From: Chloroflexota bacterium
Lineage (GTDB): Bacteria; Chloroflexota; Anaerolineae; Aggregatilineales; Phototrophicaceae
DNA: 64,000 nucleotides
Assembly: GCA_011523515.1 (NCBI GenBank)
Contig: WTGO01000069.1
Location: forward strand, 71,890 to 135,889
Reading direction: 5' to 3'
A program made the position numbers and the translations under genes. Positions 18,371 to 28,128 of this stretch are shown here, piece by piece (position 1 is the stretch's first letter; the number at the start of each line of letters is the position of its first letter). Under the pieces are notes generated by a model, which saw nothing but the letters and a program-made list of their open reading frames with translations, made no database searches and was not told the DNA's origin.

Positions 18371-19505
18371 CTCTCAGGCCGTCTCCTAGAAAGTTCATGG
18401 CCAATACGGCGACGACAACCGCCAAGCCCGGAAATAGCAGCCAGGGCGCCGTCGCGATAGAACGCACATTCTGCGCTTCCTGCAGCAGCACACCCCAACT
18501 AACCACTGGCGGCCGCAGCCCGATACCCAGGAAGCTGAGGGCTGTCTCGGCGAGAATCATGCCCGGAATCGCCAGCGTCACGGAAGCGATGATATGGCTG
18601 GTCATCGACGGCGCCATGTGACGCAGGATGATTTGCAGCTCGCGGACGCCATCCAGGCGCGCGGCGATGACGAAGTCCTCGGTTTTGAGTGAGAGAAAGC
18701 GGCCGCGCACCTCGCGCGCCAGGGCGGTCCAGCCGATTAACGACAGCAGCACGGTGATGGCGAAATAGACGCGTACCGGCGGCCAGGTCAGCGGGATGGC
18801 GGCGGAAAGCCCCATCCAGAGCGGGATTGTGGGCAGCGAGCGCAATATCTCGATCGTGCGCTGGATCAAGTTATCGACAATGCCGCCGTAATAGCCGGAG
18901 ATGCCGCCCAGTATCACGCCGAGCAGCAAGCTTAAGCCCACGCCAACCAGACCAACGGACATTGAAATTCTAGTCCCGTATATCGTCCGGCTCAGTACAT
19001 CGCGGCCCAGGCGATCGGTGCCCAGCAGGTAGACAGGGTCGCCATATTGCGCCGCGCCGATCAGATGCAGGTCGAGCGTAAACAGCCCCCAGAGCTCGTA
19101 TTCCTCCCCGCGAACGAACAGGCCAACCGGATAAGTGACGGTCTCGTCAAGTACGTATGTGCGCTTGAAAGAATCGGGATCCACTTCCACTTGAAAGCCG
19201 TAGACGTGGGGATATAAACGCCAGCCGGCATCGGTCTGTTGAAAGAGATTGATGCTCTGTGGCGGGATAAATGTATGCCGCGCGCTATAGGTTCCGGCTG
19301 AATAGGGCGCGAAGAATTCTGCGAAGGCGGCGACAACATACAGGAAGATGGTGACGACGCCGGCGGCCATCGCCAGTCGGTGTTTGCGAAACTTCCACCA
19401 GATCAACTGCCATTGGTTGGCGACGACAATCCGCGTTTCGGCTGTGGATTCAGCCGCTGGGTCAGCAGACGCGTCCTTCAGCGCGCGAGTCGGCTCCTCG
19501 GTCAT
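18345..19505 (-). CDS. Opp/Dpp-type ABC permease (OppC/DppC-like)
   Basis: Polytopic protein with an N-terminal OppC-type extension and an EAA-like loop (AARLDGVRELQIILRHMAP). Overlaps both neighbours. Confidence 0.85.
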   Translation of the reverse strand: MTEEPTRALKDASADPAAESTAETRIVVANQWQLIWWKFRKHRLAMAAGVVTIFLYVVAAFAEFFAPYSAGTYSARHTFIPPQSINLFQQTDAGWRLYPHVYGFQVEVDPDSFKRTYVLDETVTYPVGLFVRGEEYELWGLFTLDLHLIGAAQYGDPVYLLGTDRLGRDVLSRTIYGTRISMSVGLVGVGLSLLLGVILGGISGYYGGIVDNLIQRTIEILRSLPTIPLWMGLSAAIPLTWPPVRVYFAITVLLSLIGWTALAREVRGRFLSLKTEDFVIAARLDGVRELQIILRHMAPSMTSHIIASVTLAIPGMILAETALSFLGIGLRPPVVSWGVLLQEAQNVRSIATAPWLLFPGLAVVVAVLAMNFLGDGLRDAADPYQA

Positions 19506-20479
19506 TGGAGTTGTATCCTGGGATCAATCCAGGCCAGCAGAATGTCTGATACTAGGGTGCCGATGATGGTGAGTACGCTGACCAGCAAGATCAGACTGCC
19601 GGCCAGATACATGTCTTGCGCCTGCAGGGAGCGATAGAGCAAGGGACCTGTGGTCTGCAGATTCAAGACAATAGACGTGATTGCGGAGCCGGAAACCAGC
19701 GCCGGGAAGACCCAGGCCATGGCGCTCACCAGGGGATTCAACGCGACCCGAACCGGATACTTGAAGAGCAGCTTAAGTTCTGAAAGCCCGCGCGCTCGGG
19801 CGGCGTCCACATACAGCTTTGACAGTTCGTCCAGCAAGTTGGCGCGCATAACCCGAATCAACGCGGCCGTACCGGCGGTCCCCAGAATGATAACCGGCAG
19901 CCACAGATGGGCGAGCAAGTCCAGCACACGTTGGTAGGACCACGGCGCCTCGATGTAGTCGGGGGAGAACAAGCCGCCGACGCTTTGGCCGAAATAGCGG
20001 AAGGCAATATACATCAAGACCAGGGCGAGCAGAAAATTCGGAATCGCCAGGCCAATAAAGCCGATGACAGTCACCAGGTAATCGCCGATGGTATATTTTT
20101 TGACGGCCGAATATATGCCTATGGGAATGGAAACAATCCAGACAAAGGCCAGCGTGAAGAGTGAAATCACCATCGTCAGCGCCAGACGCTCCCAGATCAA
20201 GTCGCTGACAGGCCGATTCCACTCGAAGGAGTCGCCGAAGTCTCCCCGCAGAACAATACCGCTGATCCATTTCCAGTACTGCACATAAATTGGATCATTA
20301 AGACCGTACCGTTCGCGCAAGGCATCAACCTGGGCTTGGTCGATCGTCTCTTCCGCTTTGCTGATGAGCGAGGCGAGAAAGTCGCCGGGCGGCAACTGAA
20401 TCACGATAAATGCGATGATCGAGACGACGAGCGGCGTCGGAATCAGATACAAGATTCGACGAGCTATGTACCAGAGCAT
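19502..20479 (-). CDS. Opp/Dpp-type ABC permease (OppB/DppB-like)
   Basis: MLWYIARRILYLIPTPLVVSIIAFIVIQLPPGD is a typical OppB/DppB N-terminus. EAA loop YVDAARARGLSELKLLFKYPVR. Confidence 0.9.
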   Translation of the reverse strand: MLWYIARRILYLIPTPLVVSIIAFIVIQLPPGDFLASLISKAEETIDQAQVDALRERYGLNDPIYVQYWKWISGIVLRGDFGDSFEWNRPVSDLIWERLALTMVISLFTLAFVWIVSIPIGIYSAVKKYTIGDYLVTVIGFIGLAIPNFLLALVLMYIAFRYFGQSVGGLFSPDYIEAPWSYQRVLDLLAHLWLPVIILGTAGTAALIRVMRANLLDELSKLYVDAARARGLSELKLLFKYPVRVALNPLVSAMAWVFPALVSGSAITSIVLNLQTTGPLLYRSLQAQDMYLAGSLILLVSVLTIIGTLVSDILLAWIDPRIQLQ

Positions 20480-20509
20480 CGGTCGGGCTTTCCTTGCGTT
20501 TATACGATG

Positions 20510-21919
20510 TCAGTAGCCTGCATTCTGATAGTCGGCGTCGGCGTTGGGTCCATAGCCGAGCTCATCGCGACGGCGGCGAAAGGCGGCGACAGCGTCGGCG
20601 TAGCCGGGGTCGTCCATGAAGTTGCGCGTCTCTTTAGGATTCCGCGCCAGGTCAAAGAGGACTTCGGGCATGTCCCGCCCATAGTATTGATATTTGAGTT
20701 GATCGCGTTTGATCATCAGATTTTCGTAGCGGTCGAAGTGCGCTTCATGGCCGAGATTCGTGCCACCGTAGTGAGAAACAGTTTCGTTGTTCCAGGTGGC
20801 GTAATTGCCGGTGAGCAAAGGTACGAGGCTGCGGCTGTCCAGCCCGTCAGTCGCGGGCACATTGGTCAACTCGCATATCGTCGCAAACAGGTCGCATAAA
20901 TTGACATTGTTTTCCACTATACGTCCGGCTTGCGCACGGCCCGGCAGACGGATAATCAGCGGCGCCTTGACGCTGCCCTCATAAAACTTGCTCTTTTCCC
21001 AAAGCGTATGCTCACCCAGCATCTCACCATGATCGCTGGTATAGATGATGATCCAGTCGTCCAGATCCTGGCCGACATGCTCAAGCGCCGTAAGCACCCT
21101 CCCGCAGTCCTCGTCAATTCCCTCGACCATACCGTAGTGGGCTGCTGTCGCCCGCCGAATTTCACGTTCGCTGACATCCGCGCCCTGTTTCACATGTCTG
21201 CTGCTGAGAAAGGGATGATCAGAGATCGTTTGGTCGATGTAGGGTGTGACGCGATTCAAGTAGTACGTGAACTTATCGCGCGTTGTAAGGAAGGGTACGT
21301 GGGGCCGCGCGAAGCTCACCATCAGCATCAGCGGCCGCGTCGGCGTTGCGCGATCGTAATAGGGATTGGCGAAAAACCCGTCTATAAATCGCAGGGCGCC
21401 GCTGAGCGTATAGTCGTCCGCGTCGTTGATGGGTCCGCCGCCGATACCGGCGCGTTTGACTTCTTTGGCTTGCGACCACTTGTGCTCGGTGGCGAGGGGC
21501 AAGTCGCGAAATGCTTCGAGATTGCGGCCTTCTATATATTCGTGACGAACCGCCATGCCATCGCCGATGCGGCGCGTCCAACCGCCCATTTGGTCGGGAC
21601 CATTGTGGTGCAGCTTGCCACAAGCGACTGTGGCGTATCCGTACTGCGAGAGTCTGCGCGCGAAGGTCATATGCCCGGGCGCAAGATCATCGCCAAACAA
21701 CTCGCAGCCGCAGGTGCGCGGCAATTGACCCGACGCCATACTCTGCCGGGCGGGAACGCATATCGGCGCGGGCGTGTAAGCGTTGCGAAAGGTGACGCCG
21801 GTGCGCGCCAATTCATCGAGGACCGGGGTTCTCACGACAGAATCGCCGGCATAGCCAGCGATATCTGCGCGATGCTGATCGCTCATCAGAAACAAAACAT
21901 TCGGACGCGCCTTCGCCAT
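20510..21919 (-). CDS. formylglycine-dependent (Cys-type) sulfatase, no signal peptide
   Basis: NVLFLMSDQHRAD metal site and CVPARQSMASG (CxPxR core with A and S substitutions). The N-terminus MAKARPNVLF runs directly into the catalytic domain. Confidence 0.85.
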   Translation of the reverse strand: MAKARPNVLFLMSDQHRADIAGYAGDSVVRTPVLDELARTGVTFRNAYTPAPICVPARQSMASGQLPRTCGCELFGDDLAPGHMTFARRLSQYGYATVACGKLHHNGPDQMGGWTRRIGDGMAVRHEYIEGRNLEAFRDLPLATEHKWSQAKEVKRAGIGGGPINDADDYTLSGALRFIDGFFANPYYDRATPTRPLMLMVSFARPHVPFLTTRDKFTYYLNRVTPYIDQTISDHPFLSSRHVKQGADVSEREIRRATAAHYGMVEGIDEDCGRVLTALEHVGQDLDDWIIIYTSDHGEMLGEHTLWEKSKFYEGSVKAPLIIRLPGRAQAGRIVENNVNLCDLFATICELTNVPATDGLDSRSLVPLLTGNYATWNNETVSHYGGTNLGHEAHFDRYENLMIKRDQLKYQYYGRDMPEVLFDLARNPKETRNFMDDPGYADAVAAFRRRRDELGYGPNADADYQNAGY

Positions 21920-21958
21920 CCGGCAAATCCTCGAATTCCGGCTGAATTGGACAATAAT

Positions 21959-21986
21959 CCGTCAGGCACTGGCTTGTGCCTGACGG
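21959..21986 (-). terminator. 11-bp stem-loop between the SBP gene and downstream genes (partial terminator/attenuator or mRNA stabiliser)
   Basis: CCGTCAGGCAC (21959-21969), loop tggctt, GTGCCTGACGG (21976-21986). On the minus strand it is followed by AUUAUUGU, a weak U-tract. Confidence 0.45.
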
Positions 21987-22007
21987 ACACTAGTTCAAGC
22001 GATCGAC

Positions 22008-23947
22008 TTACTGCTGCGCGCCTGCTTCTATGTAAAACAGCGTGGTATTGATTGGCGCAGGCCACGGGAATTTCCACGAGCCAGTCGATGTCGCCGGCAC
22101 GTTGCGGAAATAATTCCTGGCGATGCCATAGCCGCCAGGGTTCGAGTTGATTCCCATAACATAGAATTCTTCTTTCGCGATCGCCAGCAGTTCGGCCATT
22201 AGCTCGGCCTGCAGGTTGAGGTCGCCAGTGGCCTTGATCTGGTCGAAGAGCTCCATCTGCTTCTTGGCGGCTTCGGGCGGCTCCTCACCGGTCTCGGGGT
22301 CGAAATACCATTTCGTCCACAGCGGCGCATAGGCGCTCTCTACCGGGTCAGAGGGGAAATACCAGATGGGCGTGAGGTATATATCCAGCCCGCCCGACGC
22401 TCCCCAGATTGTGGCGTCATGTTCGCTGTTGACTTTGCGCGACACCAGGAGCGAGCGGTCGATGATGCGGGGTTCCATGTGGATGCCTACCGCTGCCCAA
22501 TAGCCTTGCATCAGCTCCAAAACATCGGGCCAGCCGCGGCCGAACAAGTCACCGGCTTCGACGATGATGCTAATTCGTTCGCCATTCGGACCTAAACGGA
22601 AACCCTCGCCGTCACGGTCGGTGTAGCCGGCCTTGTCCAGATGCTCGTTGGCAAGCTCGACGCTGTATTCAGTGTACTGATGGGCGAATTCTTCATCGTA
22701 GAAGGGCGAATCCGCCTGTGGCGCGATCTGCCGCGGTTCGCCGCGACCGAGGTAGACGATGTCGACGATCTCCTGGCGGTTGATAGCGTGGGATAGCCCG
22801 ATGCGGAAGTCTTTGTTCTGGAAGATTTCGCGCTTGACCGGATCCAAATGCGTGAGGTTGATCGCCAGCGCTGTCATGTTGGCGTCCTCACCGACCACGC
22901 CATACGCGTAATAGTCGCCCGCCTCGCGATTGTCGTACACAATCGGCCGGTTGGCCGCCGAGTTGAAGTGACGCGCCATCATGTCGATATCACCGTTCAG
23001 GACCTGCAAGAGCAGGGTCTCCTTGTCCTCGAGCTGGTCGAAGATCATGGTGTCGATGTAGGGCAGCTGATTGCCTTCCGGGTCTACTTTGTAGTAGTAG
23101 GGATTGCGCTCCGCCACGACACGTCCGCTGCCGCCGCCATAGGTGGATGTCAGTCGCCAGGCGTGCATCGTCGGGATTTCGGTCGTCTGCCAGAAGCTGG
23201 TGTTGGTCCAGAAGCAGGGCTCAACCCCGCCCTTGGATTGGAATAGCTCGACCCAGTCGCTGGCGCCGGCCTCCGCGATTTTCGCGTCAATGTCCGCGGC
23301 GTAATTAACGTGGTAGGGCTCTAGGTAGTGACGCGGATAACTGGCCGGTCCACAACCGAGGATGGATGCCAGGTTTTGAAGGAACAAGCCATTGGGCGTA
23401 CTGAAGGTGAATTTCACGGTATAATCGTCGACCTTCTCGACATGCAGCGGTTCGCCGCCCGAAACCAACCAGGTCGCTATAGTGGGCGTCAGGTCTTCAT
23501 TCGTCAGGACATCGTCATACCAGAAGATGATATTGTCCGCTGTGAAGGGCGCGCCATCCGACCAGCGCAAGCCCTCGCGCAGTTCAAAGGTGAATTCGGT
23601 GGCTGCGTCGTTTCCCGCGAAGGCTTTGGCGACGCCCGGCATCAGGCCCGACCAGTCCGGCGTGAAACGAATCAGATTTTCGTACGCCATCAGGCGGATC
23701 ATCCAGATGTGATCCAGTCCGCCAACCATGGCCGATCGCCATTCGCCGCCGTAATCACCGGTGCGGTCATATGGTGTAATCACCAAGGGTTCGGTTGGCA
23801 GCCTCTCTTCAACGGGCGGCAAATCACCCGACTCGACTAGCTCCGCCAACATCGGCGCCTCACCGTACATATGTCTTGAGCGAGGGTGGGTGAAAACAAC
23901 AAAAGCAAAAACAGGATCAGGGACATAAATGCTGTTAGCTTCTTCAT
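22008..23947 (-). CDS. family-5 (Opp/Dpp-type) extracellular solute-binding protein with an apparent frameshift between signal peptide and mature domain
   Basis: The body (22008 to about 23867) starts YGEAPMLAELVESGDLPPVEERLP, typical of a mature family-5 SBP. The signal peptide MKKLTAFMSLILFLLLLFSPTLAQD is encoded from ATG 23947 (GGAGG 6 nt upstream) in another frame and stops at TAG 23839-23837. Confidence 0.7.
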
Positions 23948-23992
23948 GGTATTCCTCCAAAAATAGCTAATCGATTCGAAATTGTTTTGGCA

Positions 23993-24022
23993 ATTGTAAT
24001 CCTGCTAGCGAAGCCTTGTCAA
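23993..24022 (-). promoter_or_regulatory. near-consensus promoter TTGACA-N18-TACAAT for the Opp-type operon
   Basis: Minus strand: TTGACA (24022-24017), 18-nt spacer, TACAAT (23998-23993). About 45 nt upstream of ATG 23947. Confidence 0.55.
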
Positions 24023-24114
24023 AAAAGCGCGGTTTCCCAGAAAGCAACCCAAAAGGCTCGTACCATGATTAAATTGATTATTTGCCGGGCATTGGGTCGC
24101 GGATTGCCGGAGTG

Positions 24115-25635
24115 CTATGGTCGAGCCAGCAAGCTGCGCCATTTGGGAACCGGCGCGCTAGGCCGCTGCCTTCTCCCGTTGTGCATATCAATGCCGGCAG
24201 CAATCTCGTCTAGCAATTGGATCAGCAGCTGTTGTTTGACTTCGGAGTACGCCGAGTCATGCCAGTGATTCCGCATCTCCAATGGGTCGCGCTCTCGGTC
24301 TATGAGCTCGCCCCAGTCTTGTCCAAAGTAATATGTGAGTCGCAAGCGAGGCGTAATCAGGGTGCGCATCCGCAGCGCGGCGAAATCATCGTCGTTTTCC
24401 ACCAAGGCGACGCCGGGACGGGGCTGGTCTGCGCCGCTGAGCAGCTGCGACAGCGAACATCCCTGAGTGCCCTCCGGTTCGGCTATGCCTGCGAAATCCA
24501 TGAGGGTCGGCGCGATATCGAGCGTGGATTCCACGCTGCTAATCGTTCGACCGGCGGCGACGCCCGGACCGCGGTAAACGAGAGGCGTTCTCAGGGCGCT
24601 TTCGTAAGGCAGGCCCTTGCCGTACATGCCGTGATCGCCCAGATAATCGCCGTGATCTGATACAAAGACGACGAGTGTATTGTTTGTCATGCCGAGCCGG
24701 TCGACCGTGTCAAGTATGCGGCCGACGCTGTGGTCAACCAGGGCAACCATGCCATAGTAGATGGCTTTGACCTGCCGCCAGTCGTCTTCATCGTATTGTG
24801 CGTAGTTGTGTGGTGGCGTTCCGATGACACGATCTCTGGGGCGCCCACCGTCTGCCGCTGGCGATCGCGGTCCACGATAGACGCGCTCGTGCAGTTCCGG
24901 CATGTCGTCTGATTTCGTCACCGGCGGAATCGGCGGCGGCATGTCGGCTGGATCGTAGAGGCTGGCCCAGGGCTCTGGCACGGTGAAAGGATAGTGGGGA
25001 TCGGGAAAGGCGAGATGCAGAAAATAGGGCTGTTCAGTAGCGGATTCCAGGAAATCTATGGCGCGGTCGGCAATATAGTGGCTGGAATGGACATCCGCCG
25101 GCAGAGTCCAGCGCCAGCAATTCACGCCGGTTTCGTAGGGCACTGCATTCGCTTGCAGGTCGTCTGAGTCCCTTACGCGTGCGCGCAGCCAGTCCGTGTA
25201 ACGATTGCCGAAGCAGCGGCTGCCATGCCCGTTAACAAGATCGACCTCTTGAAAGCCGTAATAAGTCCCGTCTGCGCTGGCGAGCGCTTTGGCGAGGGCT
25301 GCCGGCTCGGCAGCTTGCGGGACCAAGTGCAGCTTGCCGATCGACGCAGTGCGATAACCATGATCTGACAGTGCGCGCGGCATAAATCGCGGATCGTCCG
25401 GCGTATAGCAGCCGACCATGCGCGTCCGCAACGCGGAGGGATAGCAGCCGGTCAAGATCGAGGCTCGGCTGGGCGTGCAGGTGGGTTGCGTCACGAAACA
25501 CTGCGAGAAGCGCGTTCCTTCCCGTGCCAGCCGGTCGATGTTTGGTGTTTCTACGATTGGATTGACGTAACAGCCGAGCGCGTCGGCACGCAACTCGTCG
25601 CACAGGATCATGATAATGTTCGGCTGCTCAGGCAT
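24115..25635 (-). CDS. formylglycine-dependent (Cys-type) sulfatase, no signal peptide
   Basis: NIIMILCDELRAD and TCTPSRASILTG. The start overlaps the upstream sialidase gene by 8 nt. Confidence 0.9.
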   Translation of the reverse strand: MPEQPNIIMILCDELRADALGCYVNPIVETPNIDRLAREGTRFSQCFVTQPTCTPSRASILTGCYPSALRTRMVGCYTPDDPRFMPRALSDHGYRTASIGKLHLVPQAAEPAALAKALASADGTYYGFQEVDLVNGHGSRCFGNRYTDWLRARVRDSDDLQANAVPYETGVNCWRWTLPADVHSSHYIADRAIDFLESATEQPYFLHLAFPDPHYPFTVPEPWASLYDPADMPPPIPPVTKSDDMPELHERVYRGPRSPAADGGRPRDRVIGTPPHNYAQYDEDDWRQVKAIYYGMVALVDHSVGRILDTVDRLGMTNNTLVVFVSDHGDYLGDHGMYGKGLPYESALRTPLVYRGPGVAAGRTISSVESTLDIAPTLMDFAGIAEPEGTQGCSLSQLLSGADQPRPGVALVENDDDFAALRMRTLITPRLRLTYYFGQDWGELIDRERDPLEMRNHWHDSAYSEVKQQLLIQLLDEIAAGIDMHNGRRQRPSAPVPKWRSLLARP

Positions 25636-26725
25636 TATCGGCGGCGCTCTCCATCAGCCACTCCAGATCAAAGAGCGCCAACGTCAAATGGTCGTCAGTA
25701 TCTCCGCTGGACCCCTCGCCCCGTTCAAACAGGCAGAGTACGGACCCGTCTGCGCAGACGGTCAGGGCGCTATAGCCGGCGAGCCCCTTTTCTATGACTC
25801 TCGAAAATGCCCAGCTCCGGCATTCGTCAAGCGAGAGCTTCACGGTCAGGTTTCGGCGCGTGCGGAAAATCGAGGAGCCTTTGGCATCTTCGCCATCAAT
25901 GTTGTCCGGGTTGCAGAAAAGGATGCGGCTCGCGCCTTCGTTCGCCCAACTGTGCCGAAAGAGCGTGCCTTGGCAAGTTGGCTCGTGCAATTGCGGGTCG
26001 AGTTGCGGGATGGACCAGCCGCTGATGCCATTCGGGCTGCGGCTGATCACGCGGCGCTGCACGCCGATACCGTTGCGCATGTTAAGCGCGACCGACCCGT
26101 CCTCCAGCTCGACGATGCCGGTTTCGTTGAGATTGGGCACGACATCGGGAACCATCTCGCCGCGCTGCCAGGTGGCGCCGTTATCGTCGCTGTAGATCGT
26201 GGCGCAGCGGTTGGGGCGATGCGCGGTTGTTCTGGATGTTGAGAGCCAGACCGGGATAATCAGCCGGCCCGAACCCCGCATGCGGATGCCATTGGGCAAA
26301 CCGATTGCGAGCACGCCCCAGTCGTATTCGTGGCGAAAGTCTTCAAAGGTTGCGGTGATTTCGCGCGGCGGGCTGAAACTTGCGCCATCGTCGCGCGATC
26401 GCATGGTATAGGCGCGAACGTAGCCGTAGCAGAACAGAACGTGCACGATGCCGTTTTCGCGATCGACAATGGAATTTACATTATGCAGCGGACCCTCGCC
26501 AAAGTCGCGGTGGTCGAGGATTCGGCGCGGCTGGTCCCAAGTCAAGCCTCCGTCAAAACTGCGACGCATGACGATGTCAATCTTGTCCCAGTCTCCGCCG
26601 CGACCGAAGCGCGCTTCGGCATGCGCCTGGACGACTCCCCCGGGCGACACGAAGATGCCCGGGATGCGATACATGGTGTAGCCGCCGGTATCGCGCGAGA
26701 AGAGATCTTGCCGTTGAAAGAGCAT
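25628..26725 (-). CDS. GH33-type exo-alpha-sialidase-fold enzyme, no signal peptide
   Basis: YRIPGI (RIP motif) near the N-terminus. Asp-boxes SFDGGLTW, SRDDGASF, SDDNGATW. About 365 aa, a single beta-propeller. Confidence 0.75.
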   Translation of the reverse strand: MLFQRQDLFSRDTGGYTMYRIPGIFVSPGGVVQAHAEARFGRGGDWDKIDIVMRRSFDGGLTWDQPRRILDHRDFGEGPLHNVNSIVDRENGIVHVLFCYGYVRAYTMRSRDDGASFSPPREITATFEDFRHEYDWGVLAIGLPNGIRMRGSGRLIIPVWLSTSRTTAHRPNRCATIYSDDNGATWQRGEMVPDVVPNLNETGIVELEDGSVALNMRNGIGVQRRVISRSPNGISGWSIPQLDPQLHEPTCQGTLFRHSWANEGASRILFCNPDNIDGEDAKGSSIFRTRRNLTVKLSLDECRSWAFSRVIEKGLAGYSALTVCADGSVLCLFERGEGSSGDTDDHLTLALFDLEWLMESAADNA

Positions 26726-26730
26726 AGCAA

Positions 26731-28128
26731 TTAATGCCCGGTGACTTGCTCGGGGCCGGTATCGGTCGCCAGCGCCAGCGCGTCAAAGCTAAGCTGCATT
26801 AGACTGAGCTTGGTCTCGGTCTTTGCGGCGTCATCCCAGAGATTGTCGAATTCATCCGGATCCCTTTCCAGGTCGAACAGCTCGCCAATGCCGTGCCCAT
26901 GATAAACCACCAGCTTGTAGCGATCATCGCGGAGCATGGTCGCGTAGGCGCCGTTGATGCCTTCGCGAACCGCCGGGTTGAGCGCGTGGTAGTACTCGCA
27001 GCGCGCGAAGTCACGATGGTGGTCTGCGGCTTCCGTGTCCATGAGCAAGTTGCGTAGGGACATGCCTTGCATGCGCTTCGGAACTGGGACGCCGGCCAGC
27101 TCAAGCAAGGTAGGCGCGATATCGATTAACTCCACCAGCCCTTTCCGCCGCACGTTCTGGAGGAACTGACCTGGCCAAGATATGATTAGCGGAACGCGCA
27201 CCAGCCCCTCGTAAAAGCGGCAGCCTTTAAGCAGCAGACCGTGATCGCCCAGCGTTTCGCCGTGATCGCTGGTGAAAATGACCACTGTGTTTTCGAGCTG
27301 TCCGCTCCCTTCCAACGCTTTCATCATCCGGCCGACATTGTCGTCGATCTGCTCAATCATGGCGTAATAGGCCGCCTGGATGCGTTTGGCGTCAAAGGCT
27401 TCCGGCCGGCGCGCTTTTGTCTGAAAGTCAATCTGGCTGAGTTTGGCTTGCGCCGCCAGATCGCTCTCGCGGAATTTGGGGCCGGGCATCGCTTCGGGGT
27501 CAAAACGATCCATATAGGGCTGCGGCGGATCAAAGGGCGAATGCGGATCAAAGATGTTGACGCTCATCAGCCAGGGCTTGCCGGCGTGATCAGCCTCGAT
27601 GAAATCAATGGCGCGGTCGGTACACCAGGCGGTCTGATGCAGCTCCGGCGGCGTATCTTGGGGATGCTCAAGCATTTCCGCCAGTTCGCGCCCTTGCTGC
27701 TGCAGCCAATCAGCATAGTCGTGGCCCGACTCCCAGCGGGCGTGCGGGCCGTGGCTCCAGTGAAAGACGCGATAACCGTCGTGCTGCGGCCGCGGCTCAA
27801 TGCGCCCTTCAGCGCCGGCCAGGTGCAGCTTGCCCGCCAGCGCGCAATCGTAGCCGCCATCGGCCAAAAGCGCAGTGACCAGCGGAGCAGCCTCCGCCCA
27901 GTAGGCGTTGCCGTTGCCACAGCCATGCACGCTGCTTGGGTACATGCCGGTCAGGAAGCTGGCGCGGCTGGGTGTGCAGATCGGGCTTTGGCAATAGGCG
28001 CGCTCAAAGCTGACACCAGTGGCGACGAGTCGATCAATGTTGGGCGTGCGCAAATGCGGATTATTCAAGGCGCCAATGGTGTCGTAGCGCTGCTGATCAG
28101 TGCAAATCCACAAGATGTTGGGCCGCAT
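26731..28128 (-). CDS. formylglycine-dependent (Cys-type) sulfatase, no signal peptide
   Basis: MRPNILWICTDQQRYD and ICTPSRASFLTG. ATG 28128 overlaps the upstream stop (TAATG), so the ORF-track extension to 28266 is unlikely. Confidence 0.88.
   Translation of the reverse strand: MRPNILWICTDQQRYDTIGALNNPHLRTPNIDRLVATGVSFERAYCQSPICTPSRASFLTGMYPSSVHGCGNGNAYWAEAAPLVTALLADGGYDCALAGKLHLAGAEGRIEPRPQHDGYRVFHWSHGPHARWESGHDYADWLQQQGRELAEMLEHPQDTPPELHQTAWCTDRAIDFIEADHAGKPWLMSVNIFDPHSPFDPPQPYMDRFDPEAMPGPKFRESDLAAQAKLSQIDFQTKARRPEAFDAKRIQAAYYAMIEQIDDNVGRMMKALEGSGQLENTVVIFTSDHGETLGDHGLLLKGCRFYEGLVRVPLIISWPGQFLQNVRRKGLVELIDIAPTLLELAGVPVPKRMQGMSLRNLLMDTEAADHHRDFARCEYYHALNPAVREGINGAYATMLRDDRYKLVVYHGHGIGELFDLERDPDEFDNLWDDAAKTETKLSLMQLSFDALALATDTGPEQVTGH

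Noticed and set aside
23961-23992. Small palindromes (AATCGATT, TTCGAA, CAATTG) between promoter and RBS of the SBP5 gene, considered as an operator.
   Set aside because: They are short, AT-rich 6-8-bp palindromes of a kind expected by chance in an AT-rich leader. There is no larger dyad symmetry.
24023-24114. T6 run (24021-24026 on the minus strand) preceded by weak pairing, considered as a terminator of the upstream sulfatase operon.
   Set aside because: I could find only a 4-5-bp stem (GGTT...AACC). The T-run overlaps the -35 element, so there is not enough structure to call a terminator.
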